Part shown: positions 32,432-43,736 of the stretch, piece after piece
Layout: the number at the start of each line of letters is the position of its first letter
Position numbering within the stretch: the stretch's first letter is position 1
Notes under the pieces: model-generated
Database searches by the model: none
What the model was told of the DNA's origin: nothing
What the model saw: only the letters and a program-made list of their open reading frames with translations
Program-made: the position numbers and the translations under genes
Source of the DNA: Epithemia pelagica
Lineage: Eukaryota > Protista > Bacillariophyta
NCBI GenBank assembly: GCA_946965045.2
Contig: OX337238.1
Coordinates: 2,480,001-2,544,000, forward strand
Direction: 5' to 3'
DNA length: 64,000 nt

Positions 32432-33838
32432 ATGAAGCTTAACACTCCTTTCTCCACGCCTACAAAGGCCGCTGAACCGACCATGGGCGGCGACACCGCT
32501 ACAATCAATGGAATCACATTTACGGCGAAGAAGATTCGCGCCTTTGAACTTGGCGCTTTCGCCGACACGGTAACGCCCAAGTATCGCGAGTCCCTTGGCA
32601 GGAAGAACCTGTTTGAGTTTCGTAACGAAGCCGTGACTGCTCTCTCACCTCCATTTACTCTGGAAACAGCCAGCATTCGTATCACGGAAGACACTGATTT
32701 CTTCGGGAATAACAACAAGGTGATGATGCAACTTTTCAACCTAAAGGGGCGCTTAACTAGCTATTGCATGCAATCCGTCTTTCAGGTCCTTCCCATCGAC
32801 CCGATTACTGGCACGCTTGACGAATCCAAGGCTACTACGAACTTGCTTGAGTCCGCTTGTACCATTTCTGAGGCCCAAGTTTGTCTTAGCAACCAAGCTT
32901 ACGCTGAGAACACAAGTGAGAAGATTCATCCTCAGAATTTGTCCTGGACACAGGAGATGCTACTTGCCTCATGTGATTCAACGCTTCGTTCCGATATTGA
33001 ACATCGCTTGGTGTCAATCCCTCAGAATGAACAAGGCGGACCGCTCATCCTCCACATGATTCTCAACCAGATGATGTCCACTACCCACGAGGCTGCCCGT
33101 CACATTGTTCGCCATTTGGAATCTCACTCCGTAACCAACTATCCCGGTGAAAACATTCCCAACTTTTGTGCCACGTTCAACAACGCTATTATGCGCCTCA
33201 ATGTGAGTGGCCATGTCCCGAAGGACGTTGCCAACATTTTCTTTGTGCAACTACAAACATGCACAGTTCCCAAGTTCGTGAGTCTTTTGGACAATCTCGA
33301 GAACAATGACGACCCGATTCTTTTTGATTTCGTGGCTCTCCGTGAACGTGTGATCCTCAAGTACAATGACCTTTTACTCGCCGACAAATGGTTACCCACG
33401 AGTAGCCATGACAGCTCTTCCTTCGCAAGCTCTAGCAAGAAACTGTCCGATAGCAAGAAAACTTCAGACTCTGGCAATGGTCGTCGCAATCGTCTTCCTA
33501 TTGACACGACACCTCCCAAGGACGGCGAACCCAACTGGCGTGCTCACCCACTGAGCAAGGATTGCAAAATTTGGTGGTGTGCCTTATGCCCCAATGGTAC
33601 TGAAGATGGTTTGGGACGGTGGGGCAACCACAGTACATCTCGCCACGATCCGTCCAAAGTCAAGGCTCGTCGTACCCAAGCCCATGCATCCGAGACAACA
33701 ACCAATTCAGCCAATACCACCACTGCTACTGACTCGTCTCCGAATGACGACTCCGATACTGCCCCTTCTTCACCCTCGACGTCTTCTCCGAGCGGTGTGA
33801 CGGCTTCGGTGTCCTCTCTTCGCCTACGGGATTTTTAA
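32432..33838 (+). CDS. gag: Gag of element 3 (start after the PBS/leader)
   Basis: QNLSWT..LLASC, GGPLILHMIL, YPGENI and a WWCALC...WGNH knuckle, typical of CoDi gag. Confidence 0.85.
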   Translation: MKLNTPFSTPTKAAEPTMGGDTATINGITFTAKKIRAFELGAFADTVTPKYRESLGRKNLFEFRNEAVTALSPPFTLETASIRITEDTDFFGNNNKVMMQLFNLKGRLTSYCMQSVFQVLPIDPITGTLDESKATTNLLESACTISEAQVCLSNQAYAENTSEKIHPQNLSWTQEMLLASCDSTLRSDIEHRLVSIPQNEQGGPLILHMILNQMMSTTHEAARHIVRHLESHSVTNYPGENIPNFCATFNNAIMRLNVSGHVPKDVANIFFVQLQTCTVPKFVSLLDNLENNDDPILFDFVALRERVILKYNDLLLADKWLPTSSHDSSSFASSSKKLSDSKKTSDSGNGRRNRLPIDTTPPKDGEPNWRAHPLSKDCKIWWCALCPNGTEDGLGRWGNHSTSRHDPSKVKARRTQAHASETTTNSANTTTATDSSPNDDSDTAPSSPSTSSPSGVTASVSSLRLRDF

Positions 33839-36800
33839 TGGGGCGAGCATCTCTCCAGTGCTCCCACGCCCCTTTTCCCACTTACATGGAGATTCTGTCG
33901 TGGTGCTACGGCCTTTGGTCCCTGTCCAGCCTTTACCTTTGGTCCTGGTTCGGCCCCTTGGTCCTCACTCTGACAGTCTTATTGTTGGTTCCTTTACTAC
34001 ACACTCGGTTTCATTCCTTTCGGACGCGACGACTTGGTTCTCTCTTTTACCTTTGGATTCTCGTTTCGACGGTCTGCGACTCTTGGTTGATTGGTGTAAC
34101 TGGTTTCTTTGCTCCCACGGCTGTGTCCTCTCTTCCTTCTTACTTGGCTCGGCTCGATTCGGACTTCCTACTTCCTCATGCCTTTCCTCCAAGCGGTTTC
34201 GACTCTCGGCTGTTGATCCTTGACCACGCAATTGCTCTCACTCCAAGCTCCACTTGTGCCATTCACCGTCGTCAACTTCGTTTTGCTTCTAGTACATATC
34301 CTCTCGGTCGTCAAATCTTTCGACGCCCTTTTCGGTTCTGGGGCGAGATTCGACGCAAACATCTCCGAGCACGACGACGTTTTGAATTATGGGAAACATA
34401 CGTGAACAATTTGACCGACACACAGGTCGCCAGTCAACTCTTTGAGACATTCTTCGTTGCAGACTCTCCACGTCGGACTACCTTGATCGATTCCCTCGGC
34501 TTCGACACTGATTCGGAACCCTTTCTCCCAAAATCAAGATACTTACATCTCACAGGATTCGGCACACTGTTCGACAAAATCCTTCGCGACCACATGTTCA
34601 CTCAAGCACCTTTTTGTCCGGTTCCTCAAGCCACGATTCGACATCCCGATGATTTGGAAATCCACGAACTCGGTGACGATTTCAGCAATCTTTTACGTTT
34701 CAACTGCATGACACCTACCACATACTCCAAACTTTTCAACTTGAGACTGGATCCCACGATGCACATCGACCCATCCATCAACGTCGGAAACGATCCTTTA
34801 CTCCGAATCATTTTGGATACTGGCGCTTCACATGGACTGACGATGTCCACCGACAACTTTGTCGAATTGACATACGGGAATTTTGGAGCCATGTCGACTG
34901 CTGCCAACGAGAACAAATTTCCAATCATCGGAGCCGGCATTGTTGCGTATGACGCCATCAGTGAAAACGGCGACTTGTTACGATGGACCTTTCCAGCCAA
35001 TCTATGTAAAGCCGCTGGAACGCGACTCTGCTCACCACAAGTCTGTGCCGATTATTTGAATCTAGACCGTCGCTTCCCGAGTTTTGAAAGCAACCACGTC
35101 TTCGCAAGTATCAAGACAGATGCCATTGGTGGTCGTCTGACCGTACCTATTGACCATTCAACCAATCTTCCTCTCGTGAAAGCGAAGAACGTACACAAAC
35201 AACCAAACGTTATCAGTCACAACACTGATCCGAGTTGCAAGTGTGGAAACGCCAACTGGTGTCGATGTCCTCTTCAACAGGCACCCTCTCGAACCACCGT
35301 TACCTTAGCAGAAGCTTTTCACCAACAACAGGGACATCCTTCGGAGCTTTTTTCGGACAACAACCGCAACCTTACAACGGCTCAGAAACACCTTTTGTTG
35401 GATCACCAACGCCTTGGACACTTACGCATGCGCCGAATTCAAAATCTATACCATTGTCAAGAGATCAGCCCCGAATCATGTTTGAAACCAAGGACTCCAG
35501 GTTGCCTTAACTGTCCTCTTCCCAAATGTCACGCTTGCTTATTGGGAAAGGCACGTCGTCGACCATCCAAAGCAACAGTAAAAACGCCTCGACCAGATGC
35601 AGGACACATCCCAACTGACCGTAGCAAACTCGAACCCGGTGGATTGGTGTCTATTGATCATTTTGAATCCTCGGTCCGAGGACGTCTTTACAATACCAGA
35701 GGACGAGAACGTCCAGAACATCGCTTCTGTGGCGGCACCCTATTTTTCGATCACGCTTCAAGAGCCATTTTCGTCTATCCTCAAGTGTCCCTTGGAGGTA
35801 GCGACACAATTCGGTCCAAGTTTACGTTCGAAACATTCGCCTCCCAGGTTGGTCGAACCATTTGTCGCTATCACACCGACAATGGCATCCTCACAAGTAC
35901 TGCCTATGAGAAATTTCTCCGCGCCGATCGAGTTCAAACACCACCACCACTCCACACCGTTTCAGGCGTCGGCGCTCACCATCAAAATGGGGGCGCGGAA
36001 AGGGCCATACAAACCGTGACAAGCATGGCTCGTACCATGATGATCCATTGCCACCTTCACTGGCCTGATGGTTTCTCTCCAACATTGTGGCCCATGGCAT
36101 TGGACTACGCCACGTGGATCTACAACCACACTCCCACTGAAGACTACACCTTGTCTCCCCTTGAAATCTTTACCGGGTTGAAGGAATCATGTACTCAACT
36201 TCGTCGTCTCCGCGTGTGGGGCTGCCCTTCCTACGTTCTTGATCCACGTATCCAAGACGGCAAGAAACTCCCAAAATGGAACTCTCGAGCCCGCCAAGGA
36301 CAATTCTTGGGTTTCTCCAACCAGCACTCGACGACGGTGGGCCTGATTCGAAATCTTACTACCAACCACATCAGTCCACAATTTCACGTCGTCCACGATG
36401 AATTGTTTCACACAGTCCACAGCAATTGGACACCACCGTCTGACGGCGCTGATTTTCCCGATTTTGTCACACGTGACCACTACCTTGAAGACCACGATTC
36501 CAGCATTGACGGTCCCTTGCCACCTTTGGACCCATCCTGGTTGCCTCCAAGTGATTCCAACATCGACACCATGCTCCCTCCGTCCGATCCTCAAGCTGTC
36601 GAGGGCGAGCAACAACCACAACCACAAGTACAGACAGAGTTCCCACTTGGCAACCCACCAGGACATGACTTGGAACCCACCGTTTTGGAGTTGGGCGAGC
36701 CAGAGTTGGAACCACCACCTCCACCTCCGGTCGAACCGGGCGAGCCACAGTTGGAACCCGTCAACGAAACGGGCGAGCCAGAGTTGGAACTCCCAAACGA

Positions 36801-38770
36801 AACGGGCGAGCCACAGTTGGAACCATTGGCACCACGTCGCTCTCGTCGCAATCGTCCCCAGACACGACGATTTCCCGACCCTGAACGCCACGTCCGTTTC
36901 GATCTCCCGTCCGACGACAGCAGCTGGAGTACGCACTGCCTTTGTCACCACAGCACCTTTGCCCACAACGCCAATTTCTTCTTTTCTACAACTTCTGTCA
37001 ACAACGATACCTCCACTTTCGCTACCATGGCCAACGCTATCGATTGGACTCACTGGAGCGATCCTGATCTGGGCGAACCGTGCTACCTCAACGATCGATC
37101 CTTCTCTCTAAGCCACCACCGCTCAACAGTTGATTGATGATTGGGATCCACGGTATTTCGCTTCCAAATCGTTTGATGCCGACAACCCCTCCTACTTTGA
37201 TTTACCACGAATGTCTCCTGAGGAACAAGAGAAATGGTTCATCGCCATGGACCGCGAATTGGATGAATTGGAAGGAAAAGGGACCTTTCGTCTTGTTCCA
37301 CGAAGCAACGCCAAAGGCAAAGAGATTGTAGATACAATGTGGACACTCAAAAGGAAGCGTCTCCCCGACGGTACCATCTCCCGTTACAAGGCACGCCTGG
37401 TGGTTCGAGGCGACCAACAGAAGGCTACATTCGACAAGGAGGACACTTTCGCACCCGTCATTGACTGGCCCTCTGTTCGTTTATTGTTGATTCTATCACT
37501 GCAGGACAACCTGGTTACAGCCTCAATCGACTTCAAAAATGCCTTCGTCCACTCCAGTTTGCCCGAGCCCATCTACGTCAATTAACCATCCGGCTACGGG
37601 CAAGGCCACAGCGAGAAAATCCTTGAAGTAAACAAGAGCCTGTACGGTGACTGTCGAGCACCACGACTGTGGTATGACTACCTGAAAACACGGCTTGAAA
37701 CACTTGGACTCACACCGGACGGCAACGATCCTTGTCTCTTCTGCAAGGCTGGATGTATCATGGTGACATACGTCGACGATGCTATCATCTGTGGAGTAAA
37801 TCAAGAAGCAGTCGATGAGTTGTTACACGGTCTCACCAAATTGAAAATGGATTTCGACCACCTCGGAGACTTGCCCACTTACCTCGGAGTTCAGATTACC
37901 CGTTCGAGCGACGGCAGCATGACACTCACACAACCACACCTCACTCGCAGTATCATTTCAGCACTGGGCCTCAACGATAGCTCTCCAAAGAAAACACCCG
38001 CGACAAAAACACTCGGCAAAGACAAACACAAGCCTCCTTTCTCTGAAGACTTCAACTACCGTTCCGTGGTCGGGGTGCTACTGTATCTTGGGAACAATAC
38101 TCGTCCAGATTGTGCTTTCGCGATCCACCAAGCAGCACGATTCAGCAACGATCCACGAGTGACACATGGTGAAGCCTTAAAACGAATTGGAAGATACCTA
38201 CAAGGCACAAGTGATCAAGGCTTAAAACTTAAGCCCTCAAAAGATCTAAATCTCGACTGTGTTGTGGATGCAGATTTCGCCGGAATTTGGGGAAACGAAG
38301 ACCCCCAAGATCCTTCTAGTGTACGATCGCGTACCGGCTTCCTGATTTCTCTTGGCGGTTCACCTGTGACATGGTCAAGCAAATTGCAAACCGAGATCGC
38401 ACTCTCTACAATGGAGGCAGAATATATCGCTGCCAGTACCAGCATGCGCACATTACTCCCACTTCAACGACAACTAAAGAAAATGACTACGCATCTCCAG
38501 CTCGCCCAACCTGGCACTACTTCCATTACCACCATTTGGGAAGACAACCAAGCCGCATTGAAACTCGCTACGAAAGACCCCCCTCGCATGACACCGCGAT
38601 CGAAACACATCGGGGTCAAATACCATTGGTTCCTGTCCAAACTCAACAACGGACCCAACGGCATCCAAATGAAACCAATCGCCACTGACGAACAACTCGG
38701 AGACTGTTTTCCGAAACCACTTGACGCAACCTTGTTCGAAACCTCCCGTAAGAAAATCATGGGATGGTAA
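33838..38770 (+). pseudogene. pol: Pol of element 3 (PR-IN-RT-RH), frameshift near 37100-37135 and TAA at 37583-37585
   Basis: ILDTGAS protease, HQRLGH/CHAC, SIDH/TDNG/AERAIQ integrase, YKARLVVRGD/YVDD RT, DADFAG/EAEY/EDN RNase H. Confidence 0.93.
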
Positions 38771-40408
38771 GACGCCCGGTCGAGGGCGAGTGTCGGAACA
38801 AACATCTGTCCGACAGAAAAACATCTGTCTCATAAATTCTCACATACAAAATCGACCTCAGCACTCACCATCACCTTCTAGACCTAATCGTAATATCATA
38901 ACTTTCAAACACTACCAAAACGTATCTCTACTTCCACCACTATTAGGACCAACCATGAACCTTCCAAACGAAAGACCCGACAATGACCAACCCCAAGCGG
39001 TTACGGCCATTAACATCACTCCTGACTCCCTCGAAGCGAGCGCCTCTTTAAACACCAACACAATGACATGATGTCCGCTCTCTTTTTTGCTTCTTGTCGT
39101 TCAGATTCCAATTGTGCTTCAAGATGCGCAACCTCCCTTGCTTTTTCGAGGATTTGTTTATCCATGGACTCGAACTTGCGCTTCCAATAATCCTTTTGTC
39201 TTTCCATGGCTTTCAGCGCTTGTTCCAACGAGGCTATCCGCTTGAAATCAGCGCCTGCAACATGCCATTACGATTGATTCGATCTTTGGTGAGACTCGAC
39301 TCACATGCACGCAAAGGACGTTGGGAATTTGTCAGTGAAACACGGACAAGAATAAAAGCACTAACCTGCGTTGTCCATAATGATTTCCACTGGCAACGGA
39401 ATGCGTCGACCCGAGGAATGCTCGTCGTTTTCGGTAGGAGGATTATCCACGATGAGGGATACCAGCGGAAGCAAAATCTGTTCGGTGGAGGCCGAGTGAA
39501 GACTTGCTAATGAGGAGGAACCTACCGAGAGGCCATCATCCAAAACGGTGGGCGTTTCATTCAACGCGTTCATGATACAGGGTGTTTCCTCGCGCTGGCG
39601 CTGGCGCTATCGAATGAATGCTTTGCTACTGGGATGAGGGATGAAACAGGAACCAGGATTAACGGTACCATGACGATCAATCACAATCGCAACCAAGCAA
39701 TTCGTGTGCTCACACGAAATCTCCATTGGCGTCGAATCCCGTAATACATCACGATAAGACTATGTTGCCTTTCGCTATCCATATGGGATGCAACAGATGG
39801 GGTGTGAGGGATTGAAAGTGGCGAGTCTTGCGTGATCGTAGGAGATGCCCGCGCGATTCTCGAGAATATGGTACCTTCAATATAATTTCAATATACCCCA
39901 TATCCCATAATATACCTTCCTACTCCTACTCCTACTACCTCTACTCTCTAGCTACCGTAGATTGCGCTAGTAGTTAAGCCTCACCGGAAGATAAGCCTCA
40001 GTGGGTAAAGCTTTTGAGTTGCGGCTTGTACAATGGGGACATATCATATATCAATCTTAACTCTTTTGGGACGGCAAATTTTTTACTCCGGTCATTGACC
40101 ATTTGGTTAAAATTTTTACTTAACAAAATCACCGATCACTTATAGGATTCTCCACGTAAGCGATGACTCCCAACTCGTGATTCAAAAACCATTGACCATA
40201 AGGACAATTCCGAAAATCGAGACTTTGTCGTTAATGTAACTCAACAACCAAACCATTTGGTCATTACTCCTTCATACATACTCTTCCATTTGTTACAAGC
40301 TTTCAGTAGCCGGTCCAAATGCCGAATTCCGACCGGTAGTTCTTGCGTACGAGCAGTTTTGGGAGTACCCTCATTTTTGTTGCACCTCCTTCGTCTACGA
40401 CCTTCACC

Positions 40409-42925
40409 ATGGCAGATCGGTCAACCCAAGACACCGACAAGCCTCCTTCGGCTGCGAGGGAACTTGACTTTAGACAGCCTGACTCTGATGATGACGAAGA
40501 TAACGAAGAAACCTCTGTCCCTTTGATTTCTGCTCATACTCCCACAGAAGAACAAATTAGTGTTTGGAGATCGGAAAACAAGTACATTGATGAACAGATG
40601 GCTGCGTTGGACCTGGTTCTATTCAACCCGGTGGCTTGTGCTCAGGCTTACAAAGACGACGGCCCACTTGGACTATTCTTCCAGTTCATCCCGCGAGGAT
40701 TCATTGATCGCTTCATGCTCAAGGCCACACAAGAAGAATTGGCCTCCAAGGATGGCAACTCTGGCAAGAAGATCGTCCTTACACCCAAGCTTTTTCGGTG
40801 TGTCATTGGATTAGATATCGCATTATCTCTTTGCAACAGTACCTCCATCAAGGAACTGTGGAGCTCTAAAATGTTTCTCGGCTCTCTGTCATTCTCCAAT
40901 TCTATGGCCAGAGACACCTTCACTACCGTCCGTGGTTCGTTGAAGGTGTATTCGACCTCGACATGTCGCAACATGGAAGACCCGCTGTGGCAAGTCCGAC
41001 CGCTTCTTGGACACGTTCTCCGAAATTTCGCTTCTGTTGGGTACGTTGTTGGGCCCGTTGCGCTTGACGAGGCGAGTTGTCCGACCAAAGCAAGGACCAA
41101 AGCGTCGTCCTACCTTCCGTCTAAACCGAATAAATTTGCCATCCGTTTTTACGCTCTTGTTGGTTGGAAGAGCGTTTATACGTTCGCCTTGTGGGATAAT
41201 GGCACCGGTAATGCACTCAACCAAACGCCTGCCGAACGCTTTATGAAGGTATTCGGTGAACTTTGGTCGTCCTTCAATCAGTTTTCACAAGCGTGCAAAA
41301 GTCGGATGCGCAACGCTTGTCCAGTAGCATTTGACAGCGCATCAATGCTCTGGGTGCTAATGATTGGATTGCTATACAGGTCGATAGCAGGAGCTGCTTC
41401 TCATCGCCGCAGCAACGATTCCCAAGTCCATACTGTCGTGTATATGGACAATTACTATACACGACACGCATTGGCCCGGGCTTGTTCGGATTTCACAGAC
41501 AATTCCATGAAAGTGACCGGTACCGTCAAGATGAACCTTGTTGACAAGGTGAACAAACCATCTGTGATCCAGGCAACGAAAGATTTAGAAAAACTTCCTC
41601 GTGGTTCTTGGATTTTGGTCCAGGTCTACACGGCCGTGATTCATCCGGACAGTAAAATACAAAAAGAGAAAGAAAAAAAGGACGGTTATTCTAAGTCGTT
41701 ACCAAGAGCGAAAGTCGGCTTCAACGAGTCCGATGTACTCGAAGTTGCCAATGAATACTGTATTGTTGCGAAACGATGCGGTTTCATTGTCTTTCATGAT
41801 AAAAAGCCCGTCGTTTTCTATACGAATGATCTGGCGGATACTCCCCAAACTTTGTTCGGTGACAAGAGTGACGAGCATGCCGTAAGATGCGTACATGGTC
41901 TTGCCACGTTGTTTCGGTGGACGGGGGATTCGTATCACGCCAAGCAATCATTCAAGGTCCCAGCCCCTGTGGTGGCATACAATTTGTTCATGAACGGGGT
42001 TGATCGGGCGGACCAGATGCGATCGACGAATGCTTGTCGACGCAAGGAGAAACATCTCCATATGACGATCTGGCATTTTGTCGTGGATCTCTGTATTCTG
42101 AATGCGTTCCAAGTGTACCTGAAACTTCGGAATTCACAATTGATCGACACATACTACGCTAAAAAGCAAGGCACAGAAGAAGAAGAAATTCGAATGACCA
42201 AAGAGATGCCTTTGAGGGAGTTCAAGAGGAAGGTCTGTGTGGCATTGTGCATGCCGTATGCAGAAACTTACAATGCCACGAAGAAAACAAATAGCAAAGC
42301 CGGTCCACAGGTTGCGTCGGCTGAGAACATTCAAGTCAAGTTGCCACCTCGTCCCCCAGCACGATACAAGACACCGCCGGTCCGAGCAAGAAAACTAAGA
42401 CGTTGTACGTCTTCGACAAGGAAGAGTGCCCGTTTTGAAGTTGACCTGGAAGCGGATACTCCTGGTGGTGCAAGCGAGGTAACCAAAGCCTCCGAAGCTT
42501 CAACGGAAACAGAAAAGACTGTCCATCCACTCCGTTTTGAGACCAATTTGTCTCATCACATTCTTCAACCCAACCCAGTTAATCATGGACGCCGACACAG
42601 AAGCACATGCTACTTGTGTAGTATCATTGGCACTGGCGGCACACATCCAGTCACGAGCTATGGATGTGTGCAATGTCAACGGTGCTTCCATCCCGAGTGT
42701 TTTTCACTCTATCACAACAGTTGGAAGGTGGCCTTTTGCAACGATCGTTGTAAAGAGATTCGCGATCTGTTAGAGGGTTTCTGGACTGCGAATCCCCATG
42801 TCCTCGAATACAACATGGAAGGCGAAGATACACCAACAAAGGAAGATGTGGAAGAGTACGAGATTCAACAAGGCAAGAAGGGAATTTGTGCTAAAGAAGA
42901 AGACATTCGAAAATTTGGAGAATAA
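40409..42925 (+). CDS. piggyBac transposase (DDE_Tnp_1_7) with a C-terminal Cys-rich domain
   Basis: ALDE, MDNYYT and GVDRADQ catalytic DDD; SKPNKFAIRFY; YNLFMNGVD; CYLC...CVQC..CFHPECF..YH. Confidence 0.95.
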   Translation: MADRSTQDTDKPPSAARELDFRQPDSDDDEDNEETSVPLISAHTPTEEQISVWRSENKYIDEQMAALDLVLFNPVACAQAYKDDGPLGLFFQFIPRGFIDRFMLKATQEELASKDGNSGKKIVLTPKLFRCVIGLDIALSLCNSTSIKELWSSKMFLGSLSFSNSMARDTFTTVRGSLKVYSTSTCRNMEDPLWQVRPLLGHVLRNFASVGYVVGPVALDEASCPTKARTKASSYLPSKPNKFAIRFYALVGWKSVYTFALWDNGTGNALNQTPAERFMKVFGELWSSFNQFSQACKSRMRNACPVAFDSASMLWVLMIGLLYRSIAGAASHRRSNDSQVHTVVYMDNYYTRHALARACSDFTDNSMKVTGTVKMNLVDKVNKPSVIQATKDLEKLPRGSWILVQVYTAVIHPDSKIQKEKEKKDGYSKSLPRAKVGFNESDVLEVANEYCIVAKRCGFIVFHDKKPVVFYTNDLADTPQTLFGDKSDEHAVRCVHGLATLFRWTGDSYHAKQSFKVPAPVVAYNLFMNGVDRADQMRSTNACRRKEKHLHMTIWHFVVDLCILNAFQVYLKLRNSQLIDTYYAKKQGTEEEEIRMTKEMPLREFKRKVCVALCMPYAETYNATKKTNSKAGPQVASAENIQVKLPPRPPARYKTPPVRARKLRRCTSSTRKSARFEVDLEADTPGGASEVTKASEASTETEKTVHPLRFETNLSHHILQPNPVNHGRRHRSTCYLCSIIGTGGTHPVTSYGCVQCQRCFHPECFSLYHNSWKVAFCNDRCKEIRDLLEGFWTANPHVLEYNMEGEDTPTKEDVEEYEIQQGKKGICAKEEDIRKFGE

Positions 42926-42992
42926 GAGTGAGAGATTTGATTCATTGAAAACTAGGTACACGATAAGATATTCAATAATTTAGTAATGAGGT

Positions 42993-43736
42993 TTATTCTA
43001 CACTGTCATCTGTAGAGGAGGCCGAATTGTCATCACTATCTTCGTGGTTGGTAGCCCCTTCTTTGAGGGATGAATCGGCGTCGAATGGAGCTCCGGAATT
43101 ACGGAATCCAACGTAGTCGCCATTTGGATCGGGGTACATTTTGTGAATGATTAGCTCAATACACTGTGGAATCCGGACTCGGTTCCAACGACCCAATGAT
43201 CCATACTTGGACGCGATATAGAACTTGTAGAGGTGATGGCGTGTGGCGCGATTGTGTCCGTTGTTTCGTTTATGGGCTTCAAGACCTGCGGTTTGAAGGG
43301 CAATTTCATAAGTCACGCCATCACAGGGGGAAAGTCCACATTGGTCGCAAAGAAGGTCGTTGTTGTTTTGTATAAAAGAAGAGACAACTGCTGCTGGTTT
43401 GGAGTCTTCGGCTTTGTCCTCCTTGTCTTGTTTGTCTCCTTCAGTTTCGGTGTTAACTCCTTTGGTCCGTTCCTTGTCTTCATCTTTCTTGATCATTGCC
43501 TTCACGTCGGAATCAATGATCTGCTGGTTGATTGCTTGAAGATCGATTTTCTTGTTCTCTTGTTGTGCTTGTTGTAACAATTCACCACCCAACGGACTTA
43601 GGAAGAGAGGGGACGACGATGCTTTGCAAACATGCTTGTAGGTAGCGGGATCCTCTTCGTCTATGTAAATCGTCTGTGATTCAGATGTTGGAGTACTTGG
43701 CTTGTACCATTTCGAGTGTTTGGAAGGAGAGTCCAT
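42993..43736 (-). CDS. Second, convergent ORF inside the piggyBac (247 aa, Cys/His motif)
   Basis: Intact ORF between the transposase stop and the right TIR: CDQCGLSPC...NRATRHHLYKFY...GSLGRWNRVRIPQCIELIIHKMYPDPNGDYVGF. Confidence 0.75.
   Translation of the reverse strand: MDSPSKHSKWYKPSTPTSESQTIYIDEEDPATYKHVCKASSSPLFLSPLGGELLQQAQQENKKIDLQAINQQIIDSDVKAMIKKDEDKERTKGVNTETEGDKQDKEDKAEDSKPAAVVSSFIQNNNDLLCDQCGLSPCDGVTYEIALQTAGLEAHKRNNGHNRATRHHLYKFYIASKYGSLGRWNRVRIPQCIELIIHKMYPDPNGDYVGFRNSGAPFDADSSLKEGATNHEDSDDNSASSTDDSVE

Larger units (their letters stand above)
31067..39068 (+). mobile_element. Ty1/copia LTR retrotransposon 3 (CoDi-type), full length, inactivated
   Basis: LTRs 31067-32119 (interrupted) and 38791-39068, TGTCG...YGACA; 5-bp TSD TGATG; PBS GGTTATGAGCCCA at 32120; PPT GAGGGCGAG. 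Confidence 0.95.
30883..39573 (-). pseudogene. Family A coiled-coil gene copy 3, split by copia element 3
   Basis: Exon 1 39366-39573, intron, exon 2 39254-39069, continuing at 31061 (KKRADI|IAALGLDEISQQLKDD); matches the uninterrupted copy at 46291-47285. Confidence 0.85.
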
